This document shows, piece by piece, positions 7,390-14,517 of a stretch of 64,000 bases of DNA (positions within the stretch are counted from its first letter, which is position 1; each line of letters begins with the position of its first letter). The translations under genes were made by a program, and so were the position numbers. Source of the DNA: a virus; the IMG/VR virus record IMGVR_UViG_3300020281_000010. One strand, 5' to 3'. Below the pieces are notes generated by a model. The model was not told the origin of the DNA and made no database searches. It saw nothing but the letters and a program-made list of their open reading frames with translations.

Positions 7390-7620
7390 ATGCACAACTT
7401 TCAAGAATTTCTACAATACATCGAAATGTTTTATGCACCATATCACGCAGATGTATTATACCCAATAGACGGTTTAACCCAAGGTGAGATAGCAATCGCG
7501 ATCTTAAAGTATCTCGATCTATGTGCATCAACTGATATTGAATTTGGTGATGGTGACTCACTAGACCGCGAAAGAGTGAGAGATATTATCATTGAGTCGA
7601 GGGCAATCGCATATGCCTAG
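7390..7620 (+). CDS. conserved phage early protein
   Basis: FLQYIEMFY...LYP...GDSLDRERVRD motif; true start 7390. Confidence 0.75.
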   Translation: MHNFQEFLQYIEMFYAPYHADVLYPIDGLTQGEIAIAILKYLDLCASTDIEFGDGDSLDRERVRDIIIESRAIAYA

Positions 7621-7831
7621 TTACAACACATACGAGACATTTTCAGAAATTAGTGTGGGTGATATAGTTGCCTACACTAATAAGGATGGCAAGAGAATCA
7701 TCGGGCAAGTTATCATAAGGTGGGGAAAATATGCTAATCCCCAACTTGAAATATGTAACGATGAATCAACATCAGGCAATTATCACCCAGTTTCAGATTA
7801 TACCAAATGCAAAGTATTAGAGCGATTCTAA
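7613..7831 (+). CDS. hypothetical early protein (SH3-like beta pattern)
   Basis: ISVGDIVAY...IIGQV; ATG at 7613 overlaps the previous stop. Confidence 0.6.
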   Translation: MPSYNTYETFSEISVGDIVAYTNKDGKRIIGQVIIRWGKYANPQLEICNDESTSGNYHPVSDYTKCKVLERF

Positions 7832-7833
7832 TT

Positions 7834-7892
7834 GTGACAGTTGTATTAGTGGCACACACAGTAGTGAATAGTATGCAATCATCCTTTATAAT
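7834..7892 (+). promoter_or_regulatory. early promoter, IR copy 8
   Basis: GTGACAGTT-GTAT-TAGTGGCAC (7834-7855), 31 nt, TATAAT (7887-7892). Confidence 0.85.
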
Positions 7893-7917
7893 AAGCATAT
7901 AAGCAACACAGAAACAA

Positions 7918-8304
7918 ATGCCACTAACAGCAACAAAAACAACCCCAAGGTTAGACACATACCAAAAACTTCTATTGGATGCAATCCGCACATATGGAAG
8001 TGGAGATTGGAAAAATGGTGTTTCAATTCACCATAAGCACGATCAAAGTATGTTTTCAAATATACTAATCGGCGGCGAAGTTGTTGCCAAAGTTGTATAT
8101 GAAGAAGCACACGATGATATTTCGATTGAAGAATATAGAGCAATTCACATCGAAAAAACTCAATTTGCTAGAGTCAGTTATATCGCATTTGGCGATGATC
8201 TCTCAGCATATCGCGATGACTATCAGGTTACCAGATATAAGAATGTTTTGAAAAAACTCGGTTTCTTGATAGTTAAAGTATCTAATAAGTGCATCGTGTA
8301 CTAA
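7918..8304 (+). CDS. hypothetical early protein
   Basis: 128 aa ORF right after promoter copy 8. Confidence 0.75.
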   Translation: MPLTATKTTPRLDTYQKLLLDAIRTYGSGDWKNGVSIHHKHDQSMFSNILIGGEVVAKVVYEEAHDDISIEEYRAIHIEKTQFARVSYIAFGDDLSAYRDDYQVTRYKNVLKKLGFLIVKVSNKCIVY

Positions 8305-8318
8305 AGTCAACCGATGTT

Positions 8319-8376
8319 GTGACACTTTCATTAGTGTCACATACATCCCCCATAGTACCCACACATCCTTTATAAT
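8319..8376 (+). promoter_or_regulatory. early promoter, IR copy 9
   Basis: GTGACACTT-TCAT-TAGTGTCAC (8319-8340), 30 nt, TATAAT (8371-8376). Confidence 0.85.
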
Positions 8377-8399
8377 AAGAACATACACAAAGAGGTTTT

Positions 8400-8573
8400 A
8401 TGACAACATACACTTTGACAGAAAAGCAAGATGCAGTTCTTGTTCAAATGCTTCGCTATTTCAATGAGTTGGGAGTAGGCGGCGATATGATCGAAGAGGA
8501 TTTCGATTCACTTGTTGATCTCGTTTGTAATACTGGTGACGATGTAGTTAAAGCGAGGATTTGGAACAAATGA
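8400..8573 (+). CDS. small early protein (57 aa), not in track
   Basis: GAGG RBS; MTTYTLTEKQDAVLVQMLRYF... Confidence 0.65.
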   Translation: MTTYTLTEKQDAVLVQMLRYFNELGVGGDMIEEDFDSLVDLVCNTGDDVVKARIWNK

Positions 8574-8716
8574 TTTTAACACTAACTTCAGCAGAGTATT
8601 CAGAGTTAAAAGATTATATCTCTAGGGCATACTCGTCAAATTATCGCAATGATCTTTATGACACAGAACCATTTGATTCACTTGCTGATAAAATCTATGA
8701 ATTAGAGGAGGATTAA
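8570..8716 (+). CDS. small early protein (48 aa), not in track
   Basis: ATGA coupling; MILTLTSAEYSELKDY...FDSLADKIYELEED. Confidence 0.6.
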   Translation: MILTLTSAEYSELKDYISRAYSSNYRNDLYDTEPFDSLADKIYELEED

Positions 8717-8719
8717 TTA

Positions 8720-8815
8720 ATGACTTATTATAATAAACTTAAGAAGATTTTATGGAATCCTAAATTAACTCATAATGAGAGAGTTAAACTTATTAAACAA
8801 CTTAAGGAGCAATAA
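8720..8815 (+). CDS. micro-ORF (31 aa, basic)
   Basis: GGAGG RBS; MTYYNKLKKILWNPKLTHNERVKLIKQLKEQ. Confidence 0.55.
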   Translation: MTYYNKLKKILWNPKLTHNERVKLIKQLKEQ

Positions 8816-8893
8816 ATGATAATTTTTCTATCCTTATTGCTCATCGTAGCAATTTTAATCATTTTCTTAAACTACTACAATCCTAACAACTAA
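8816..8893 (+). CDS. micro membrane peptide (25 aa)
   Basis: AGGAG RBS; MIIFLSLLLIVAILIIFLNYYNPNN. Confidence 0.55.
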   Translation: MIIFLSLLLIVAILIIFLNYYNPNN

Positions 8894-8894
8894 A

Positions 8895-9038
8895 ATGACT
8901 TTTTTGACCACTTCCGTCCCAACTTACGATTTTCCCCAGTCACCTATCCTGATTTTAGGGTTTTTGGGTATTCTAGTTGCAATCTTTACTCTTTACACAG
9001 TAAATAAGGCATATTTTAATAGTCCCCTTAATAAATGA
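8895..9038 (+). CDS. small membrane protein (47 aa)
   Basis: PTYDFPQSPILILGFLGILVAIFTLYTVNKAYFNSP, one TM helix. Confidence 0.65.
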   Translation: MTFLTTSVPTYDFPQSPILILGFLGILVAIFTLYTVNKAYFNSPLNK

Positions 9039-9069
9039 TAGATGAGACAGTTAAGACTGACCACTTTTT

Positions 9070-9127
9070 AGGACAGTTAATGAACTGGCACACCTAACCA
9101 CACAGGCGGGTTTTTACCCACTATAAT
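9070..9127 (+). promoter_or_regulatory. early promoter, IR copy 10
   Basis: AGGACAGTT-AATG-AACTGGCAC (9070-9091), 30 nt, TATAAT (9122-9127); a degenerate extra IR at about 9044-9064. Confidence 0.8.
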
Positions 9128-9158
9128 AAGAATATACAAACAAAGGAGATTTTTCAAA

Positions 9159-9356
9159 ATGGCAAAATGGAGAGCAACAAAAGCAGCAGTTCTCGCTCAG
9201 TTTCGTTATAACTGGAATATTGCAGTCGCTCAGAATCCTTCTCTCAAAGGTGACATCGTAGCGAAGAGAGAAGACTGGAATAATTTTGTTGATATGCTTA
9301 ATAAAGATGGATATGTATCCAACAGTCAAGCATACAACTGGAGCAACCCATTCTAA
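9159..9356 (+). CDS. conserved small phage protein
   Basis: AGGAG RBS; AKREDWNNFVDMLNKDG...WSNPF motif. Confidence 0.8.
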   Translation: MAKWRATKAAVLAQFRYNWNIAVAQNPSLKGDIVAKREDWNNFVDMLNKDGYVSNSQAYNWSNPF

Positions 9357-9664
9357 TGTCACATATGAAAGATCTATTTCTAGATACACAAATTTTATTA
9401 AACAATCTCACAATCCAAAAACAAATGTCTAAAGAAGAATTTATTGCCGAGGTCTATGAAATAGCATTTGGAGAAAATGCCATAAATCGCGGATTTTCCT
9501 TTGATGAGGTCATCGAAGAATTAAGAGAGTTTTCAGATAATGCTCTCGCATTCGAAGAGAGTGGACTAACTCGCGAAGAGTTAGAAGAGATCGGAGAGAA
9601 TAGGGAAAAATCTTATCGCGATGGATTTCGCGATGCTCTCGCACACAAATCAACTTCACACTAA
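9356..9664 (+). CDS. hypothetical acidic early protein
   Basis: TAATG coupling; FIAEVYEIAFGENAINRGFSFDEVIEELREFSDNAL. Confidence 0.75.
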   Translation: MSHMKDLFLDTQILLNNLTIQKQMSKEEFIAEVYEIAFGENAINRGFSFDEVIEELREFSDNALAFEESGLTREELEEIGENREKSYRDGFRDALAHKSTSH

Positions 9665-9672
9665 TTAAAACA

Positions 9673-9798
9673 ATGAGAATTGCATTTACTTTGATCATTT
9701 TTCTACTAGGTATTAATCTATTGGTAGAGTTAGCAGAGTCTAATCTCGTGGACGTATTCACAGAAAGAAAGAACACAATCGAGAGGTTAGTAAAATGA
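9673..9798 (+). CDS. small membrane or secreted protein (41 aa), not in track
   Basis: MRIAFTLIIFLLGINLLVELAES..., hydrophobic N-terminus. Confidence 0.6.
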   Translation: MRIAFTLIIFLLGINLLVELAESNLVDVFTERKNTIERLVK

Positions 9799-9977
9799 AT
9801 TGGAAGCAATTAATTGAACTTGATGGTTATATCAACCTATGGGAAGTAATACCAGAGGATAAACATTCAAAACTTGCTAATTTAATTTGGCAAGCACTTG
9901 ATGATGAGGGAATCACATTAACACAAGATGCAGAATTAAGCATCCGTGTTTATGACAGTTTAGAAAGTGGCACATAA
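9795..9977 (+). CDS. hypothetical early protein
   Basis: ATGA coupling; its C-terminal codons encode promoter IR copy 11. Confidence 0.65.
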   Translation: MNWKQLIELDGYINLWEVIPEDKHSKLANLIWQALDDEGITLTQDAELSIRVYDSLESGT

Positions 9978-10009
9978 TAACACTATTCCCCAATATGTTC
10001 CCCTATAAT
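9952..10009 (+). promoter_or_regulatory. early promoter, IR copy 11
   Basis: ATGACAGTT-TAGA-AAGTGGCAC (9952-9973), 30 nt, TATAAT (10004-10009). Confidence 0.85.
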
Positions 10010-10036
10010 AAGAACATAAGCAACAAACATTTAATT

Positions 10037-10201
10037 ATGAAAAAAGGACTTAATTGCGATTTTACCCAAGGGCAGTATTTGATGTTATACAACATAGTCG
10101 TGAATGCTCAACCCAAGGATGCTAATCCTAATTTCGATATGCAAACCTACGAAAATTTAGTAGACGCTATTGTAAACGCTAACCAAACATACATCAAATA
10201 A
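10037..10201 (+). CDS. small early protein
   Basis: True start 10037 (the track start 9995 is inside the promoter). Confidence 0.65.
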   Translation: MKKGLNCDFTQGQYLMLYNIVVNAQPKDANPNFDMQTYENLVDAIVNANQTYIK

Positions 10202-10203
10202 AA

Positions 10204-10470
10204 ATGTCAATTAAATCTCAAATCCTCTACTTAGAGCAAACACTAGAAGAGTTAAAAGCAGCACAGCGAAAAAACTACAAACGCGAAAAAAACCACCCAA
10301 GGAACATTTTTAAGTATGCTATTGTAGTTCCTAATCATCCCTTAGGAATTCACGAGCATTATACAGACTGTTTCGAGAATGCTAAAAAAAGTTGTCTAGA
10401 ATGGGCAACAGACTACGGTCGTGCATATGTTGAAGACAGTACACTAAAAACCGTCTATAGTGTGTGCTAA
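10204..10470 (+). CDS. hypothetical early protein
   Basis: ORF track; tightly packed. Confidence 0.7.
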   Translation: MSIKSQILYLEQTLEELKAAQRKNYKREKNHPRNIFKYAIVVPNHPLGIHEHYTDCFENAKKSCLEWATDYGRAYVEDSTLKTVYSVC

Positions 10471-10471
10471 T

Positions 10472-10529
10472 GTGCCAGTACACAAAGTGGCACACATACC
10501 CGAGCAATCGCCGCTCAATCCATTATAAT
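10472..10529 (+). promoter_or_regulatory. early promoter, IR copy 12
   Basis: GTGCCAGTA-CACA-AAGTGGCAC (10472-10493), 30 nt, TATAAT (10524-10529). Confidence 0.85.
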
Positions 10530-10560
10530 AAGAACATAAGCAACACAGGAGACAATCCAA

Positions 10561-10896
10561 ATGAGAAAGATCGAAACTCAAATGAACAAAGCAATCAGAA
10601 CTCAGTCAAACTGGTCTAACGCTAATACAACAGTTTTCACAACTGACAATGGTCTTGAGTCTACTGTTTACTTGCACGGAAATCACATCGCAACATACTT
10701 TCACGCAGAAAGAAAACTTCAATTATTCGATGGCGGTTGGCAGTCTAATACAACTAAGTCTAGACTGAATGCACTACTTGATGAATTCGCTTATGGTACA
10801 TTTGTATTTCAAAAGCAATGGGAGTGGTTTATTGGTAAGAATTTCAACCCATCTCAAAAAGTTGATTTCTATAGCGGTATTGAGTTGACAGTCTAA
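10561..10896 (+). CDS. conserved phage early protein
   Basis: MRKIETQMNKAI...VYLHGNHIA...DGGWQSNTTKSRLNALL motif; AGGAG RBS. Confidence 0.8.
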   Translation: MRKIETQMNKAIRTQSNWSNANTTVFTTDNGLESTVYLHGNHIATYFHAERKLQLFDGGWQSNTTKSRLNALLDEFAYGTFVFQKQWEWFIGKNFNPSQKVDFYSGIELTV

Positions 10897-10913
10897 CACA
10901 AATCGCTTATAAT
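10885..10913 (+). promoter_or_regulatory. consensus sigma70 promoter
   Basis: TTGACA (10885-10890), 17 nt, TATAAT (10908-10913). Confidence 0.8.
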
Positions 10914-10915
10914 AT

Positions 10916-10942
10916 AAAGGACTCTCACACAGTCCTTTTTTT
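10916..10942 (+). terminator. intrinsic terminator
   Basis: AAAGGACT-CTCACAC-AGTCCTTT followed by a T run. Confidence 0.8.
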
Positions 10943-10954
10943 ATTGCAATCATT

Positions 10955-11299
10955 ATGAATCCATTCAAAAAAATTGATGATAATACCTATCAGGACACAG
11001 AGGGAACACTATACAAACCGATACCAAATTACGAAGACTATTATGTTAGTAACCTCGGGTTTATTTACTCTACTAAATGGGGTAAATGGAAAAAATTGAA
11101 AATTCATCTAAACGAAAATGGTTATCGGCGTGTTACTCTCAGACAAAATGGTAAGACCGTAGTAAGAAGAGTTGCGAAACTTACCGCACTTGCCTTTATA
11201 TCGGCACACTCAAGTGTTACCAATGTGTTACACATAGACGGAAACAAATTAAATGATCACGTCAACAACCTTAGACTAGATAAACAACCAATTTCATAA
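10955..11299 (+). mobile_element. NUMOD4-HNH homing endonuclease-like protein (short, possibly degenerate)
   Basis: YYVSNLG (NUMOD4), GYRRVTL, LTALAF, VLHIDGNKLNDHVNNL. Confidence 0.8.
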
Positions 11300-11365
11300 A
11301 TGTACAAATAAATATATGTAAGTATTTTATTTAACGAGTAATCTACGGAGGAATTGCAACCTTAG

Positions 11366-11394
11366 ACCCTAACATATCGATCGAAATCTGTCAA
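11366..11394 (-). promoter_or_regulatory. antisense sigma70 promoter
   Basis: On the minus strand: TTGACA (11394-11389), 17 nt, TGT-TAGGGT (-10 at 11371-11366). Confidence 0.5.
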
Positions 11395-11417
11395 CCATTA
11401 TGGGAAAATTGTAACAT

Positions 11418-11446
11418 TTGCCAAGTATCCCAAATTGGTATATAAT
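11418..11446 (+). promoter_or_regulatory. sigma70 promoter
   Basis: TTGCCA (11418-11423), 17 nt, TATAAT (11441-11446). Confidence 0.75.
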
Positions 11447-11471
11447 TCAGCAGTTCATTACACCCTAAGCA

Positions 11472-11636
11472 ATGGGACGCACATACAAACGTAACGATGT
11501 TTACCAGAGTAACAGAGCGAAATCACTACGGGAAAAAAGAAACAAACAGAATGAAACCCTAAGTAAGAAGAATTACCAACACAGAAACAAACACGCAGAC
11601 AGGTACGAATCACCCGAGGATTTTATCAATGAATGA
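11472..11636 (+). CDS. small basic cyanophage protein (54 aa), not in track
   Basis: MGRTYKRND...RAKSLREKR. Confidence 0.75.
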   Translation: MGRTYKRNDVYQSNRAKSLREKRNKQNETLSKKNYQHRNKHADRYESPEDFINE

Positions 11637-11763
11637 CCCAAGGACAAAAGACTGGATTGATTTACTACTTGACGAACCTGACGAGGATATGTTAGAATTA
11701 GACTATGAAATTTATGATGATGAATCAAATGATCTAGACCTCGATTATACTACACAGCAATGA
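11629..11763 (+). CDS. small highly acidic protein (44 aa), not in track
   Basis: GAGGA RBS; DWIDLLLDEPDEDMLELDYEIYDDES... Confidence 0.6.
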   Translation: MNDPRTKDWIDLLLDEPDEDMLELDYEIYDDESNDLDLDYTTQQ

Positions 11764-11936
11764 AGCGATTTGAATTTCTCAATGAGTTAGTCGAGTCCAA
11801 TTCTTGCCCACCTTCGGAGTTAGTGGAGTGGGGTCAGTTCTTGCTAGATACTGAACTACAACCGCACTTCACTAAGTATAACAAATTGCTTGCTTATCTG
11901 GTTAGCGAGGGGTTATGCTACCACGTCCCAAGTTAG
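11760..11936 (+). CDS. small protein (58 aa), not in track
   Basis: ATGA coupling; ...ELVEWGQFLLDT...YLVSEGLCYHV. Confidence 0.65.
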   Translation: MKRFEFLNELVESNSCPPSELVEWGQFLLDTELQPHFTKYNKLLAYLVSEGLCYHVPS

Positions 11937-11943
11937 TTGTCAA
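11915..11943 (-). promoter_or_regulatory. antisense sigma70 promoter
   Basis: On the minus strand: TTGACA (11943-11938), 17 nt, TAGCAT (11920-11915). Confidence 0.55.
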
Positions 11944-12064
11944 GTAGTATTGCGACATATTAAAAAGGGAACCTAGTGTTAACCTACAACAGTATAGGAC
12001 AGCATATATTATCGAAATCCCATTTTGGGTCCCCCCATATATCAAAAATTTTTCCAGGTAAAAA

Positions 12065-12484
12065 ATGACCAAAAAGATCGATCAGTACCGTGAAGAGTAT
12101 GCTGAGTACCTCGGCAGAGAGTGGGGAGGTCAGAAAGGAGGGGGATGCTTCAAGTTACTCTACGACTATGGAGTGAATACTGGTTATCACGTCTGTAAGG
12201 AAGACTATAGTCTGAATCAGCGTGCATTCCTCAAGTCTATATGGGATGACGAGGGATGGTCCGCCATCAAGACTTCCGAGATGGGCGAAGAGTTCGGTAT
12301 CGAGGATCTGGAGAAGTTTGACATTCTTCTGATGAATTTAGATAGCAATCGCTTGAATCACGGAGCATTGTATCTTGGAGATGGATTCGTATTACATCAC
12401 AAAGCATTTGATGTGTCTAGGATAGAAAAAGTAAAACCCTATATACCACAGACACTATATGTGATACGAAAGAATGTCTCATAG
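12065..12484 (+). CDS. NlpC/P60-family (papain-like) peptidase
   Basis: GCFKLLYDY (Cys), DILLM...NHGALYLGDGFVLHH (His and third residue), as in lambda gpK-like NlpC/P60 domains. Confidence 0.75.
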   Translation: MTKKIDQYREEYAEYLGREWGGQKGGGCFKLLYDYGVNTGYHVCKEDYSLNQRAFLKSIWDDEGWSAIKTSEMGEEFGIEDLEKFDILLMNLDSNRLNHGALYLGDGFVLHHKAFDVSRIEKVKPYIPQTLYVIRKNVS

Positions 12485-12641
12485 ATATATTCTCACCATA
12501 GATGAGGATGACGTTACTGGTGAATTGCTTCTAAACCTTCCTGATGATCTATTAGATGAGATGGGTTGGTATTATGGTGACGAACTAGAATACTCCATCG
12601 AGGATGATCAACTCACTTTGAAAAAGTTCAAAGAACCTTAG
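12474..12641 (+). CDS. AbrB/MazE/SpoVT-like small DNA-binding protein (55 aa), not in track
   Basis: GELLLNLPDDLLDEMGWYYGDELEYSIEDDQLTLKK, the swapped-hairpin signature. Confidence 0.7.
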   Translation: MSHRYILTIDEDDVTGELLLNLPDDLLDEMGWYYGDELEYSIEDDQLTLKKFKEP

Positions 12642-12642
12642 T

Positions 12643-12828
12643 ATGAATTGGAACAAGTTATCAATCGAACACAAACAGGTCATTTATGATGCTGTACGTT
12701 ACTATCAGTTAAATAAGATCGCAACACCTTCGGGTGAACGCTATAATAAGTGTGATGAGATCTTATCATCTCTCTATGGTACTTTGAAACGGTATGAAAT
12801 TGCGTCCGACTCCGACTGTGACATCTGA
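12643..12828 (+). CDS. hypothetical protein
   Basis: ORF track; AVRYYQLN...KCDEIL pattern. Confidence 0.65.
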   Translation: MNWNKLSIEHKQVIYDAVRYYQLNKIATPSGERYNKCDEILSSLYGTLKRYEIASDSDCDI

Positions 12829-12997
12829 AACTTGGACGATCACAGTGACAAAAGAAGAACGTCAACTGATCTGTAATAGTGCTGCTTGGGCACTGATGTA
12901 TAAACCACAAGTGTGTGGTGGCAAGGAGTTAGAGAAAGTACAAGCGTTACATAGATCCCTGAGAGAGAAGTTAGATTGTACTGAGGGATTTGTATGA
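12794..12997 (+). CDS. hypothetical protein
   Basis: ORF track; stop overlaps next start. Confidence 0.6.
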   Translation: MKLRPTPTVTSETWTITVTKEERQLICNSAAWALMYKPQVCGGKELEKVQALHRSLREKLDCTEGFV

Positions 12998-13575
12998 CAC
13001 ACGATGACAAGTTTCATAAGATGCAACGTCAGAGGGTAGTGGATAATTTCCTGCCTGAGGAAGAGTTCTCTGAGATGAGAGAGGCGATATGTGGTGACCA
13101 ATGTTTTCCTTGGTATTTGAACCACGCAAAGGTAATGCACGTGGCAAGGATGATTGACCCAGATTTACAGGCGAAGGAGATATATAATTGGCAGATGGTA
13201 CACAAGTTCTATGAGGGCGGGAGACCTCAGAGTCCACAGTGGGATTTGATCTTACCTTTGATCAATCGGATACAACCGAGAGCGTTAATACGTGTCAAGG
13301 CGAATCTGAACCATCACACAGACGAATTAATAGAATACGATTATCACACAGACTGTGGGGAGTATTATCCTGACGGTGGTGAGAACGTCTTTGCAGGCGC
13401 TACAACCGCTGTGTTCTATCTAAATGATAACGATGGTTATACGTTCTTTAAGGACGGTACCAGAGTTAAATCTAGGGCGAACAGGATTGTCTTCTTTCCA
13501 GTCAATACACCACACGCAGGTACATCAACAACAAACACTAAATTTCGATTTGTGCTAAACTTAAATTACTTCTAA
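12994..13575 (+). CDS. 2OG-Fe(II) oxygenase superfamily protein
   Basis: HTD facial triad, TTAVFYLNDNDGYT, NRIVFF...PHAG, RFVLNLNY. Confidence 0.85.
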   Translation: MTHDDKFHKMQRQRVVDNFLPEEEFSEMREAICGDQCFPWYLNHAKVMHVARMIDPDLQAKEIYNWQMVHKFYEGGRPQSPQWDLILPLINRIQPRALIRVKANLNHHTDELIEYDYHTDCGEYYPDGGENVFAGATTAVFYLNDNDGYTFFKDGTRVKSRANRIVFFPVNTPHAGTSTTNTKFRFVLNLNYF

Positions 13576-13632
13576 GGTATTAAACATACTAAGACGTTAC
13601 CCCGCGAGCGTCGTAACTATTCTAAAACTACT

Positions 13633-14517
13633 ATGAAATACGAACTCTATACGTGGACCTACGATAGGAACTGGGACCAAAACTGGGTACCTAACTTTAC
13701 CCAACCTCTGAATACGAAGAACTCTGGTAATGACGTGCAAGCGCCGCGTCGAAAGGAATTGTTGGAAGAACTGGAAAGTAAGGGAGATAATGAACTAATC
13801 GAGGTGTTGGGTTTGAGGGGATGTCCGAAAGGGACTGTAGTAACGTGTCTGCCTGGTGAGATCTGGAGATGCTTGCGTCATTATGAATCTGGTAGGGAAG
13901 TTATCATACCGTACTACCACGTGAGCAATCTGGGGCGACTTGTGAGTCACGTGCATCATCCCAGTTATAATAAGAAGTTTAAGTGTAGTGATACGTGGTC
14001 TAGAGAATACAACTGTCTTGCTTTCGGTAAGATGAAGAGTACGAAAGGTCTGGACGGTAAGTGGAGAGACCGTATTCATTATAAAATTAAGTATCGTGAT
14101 GGCGATAAGTGGTACTTTGCTCCATTGCTTCTCCCAGAGGGAGTGAATGGTAAGAATGCTCCATTTGTAAGTGCTGCTGCAGAGCAGGGTACAAAGGATA
14201 TTGGATCACATCAGATCATCGCTGCTACATTCATTGATATATGTGAAGTTCCTCCTACCTGCAGGGACACTGAGTTCTTGAGAGACATTGGTTGGGATCG
14301 TATGTCCAAGAAGGGCAAACGTAAGATGGCATCTCTATTTGAGATTGATCATATGAACCAAAGGTGTTATGATAGTAGGTGGACAAACCTAGAACGTAAG
14401 AGGGGAGTTGATAACAACTTCGAGGCATTGATTGCTCGTGGTGGAAACCATAGTAATAGTCACGAAGAAGCATTCGTCTCTTCTAAAGAATCTGTACTTG
14501 ATCAATTTTTCGTATGA
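13633..14517 (+). mobile_element. HNH homing endonuclease-like protein
   Basis: GEIWR...YYHVSNLGR (NUMOD4-like), SHQIIAATFI, EIDHMNQRCYDSRWTNLE. Confidence 0.7.

Noticed and set aside
5384-10036. ORF-track N-terminal extensions (2365, 5384, 7300, 9995)
   Set aside because: These starts lie inside or upstream of the promoter elements. The downstream starts (2395, 5465, 7390, 10037) fit the leaders.
4887-10529. IR repeats with approx. 30-nt variable spacers read as a CRISPR array
   Set aside because: Copies are 0.5-0.9 kb apart and separated by genes. Each spacer is followed by TATAAT and a start codon, and no cas genes are present. They are promoters.
1-13575. Two 2OG-Fe(II) oxygenases as a novel pathway
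   Set aside because: Multiple such genes are routine in cyanomyoviruses, and there are no linked pathway genes here.
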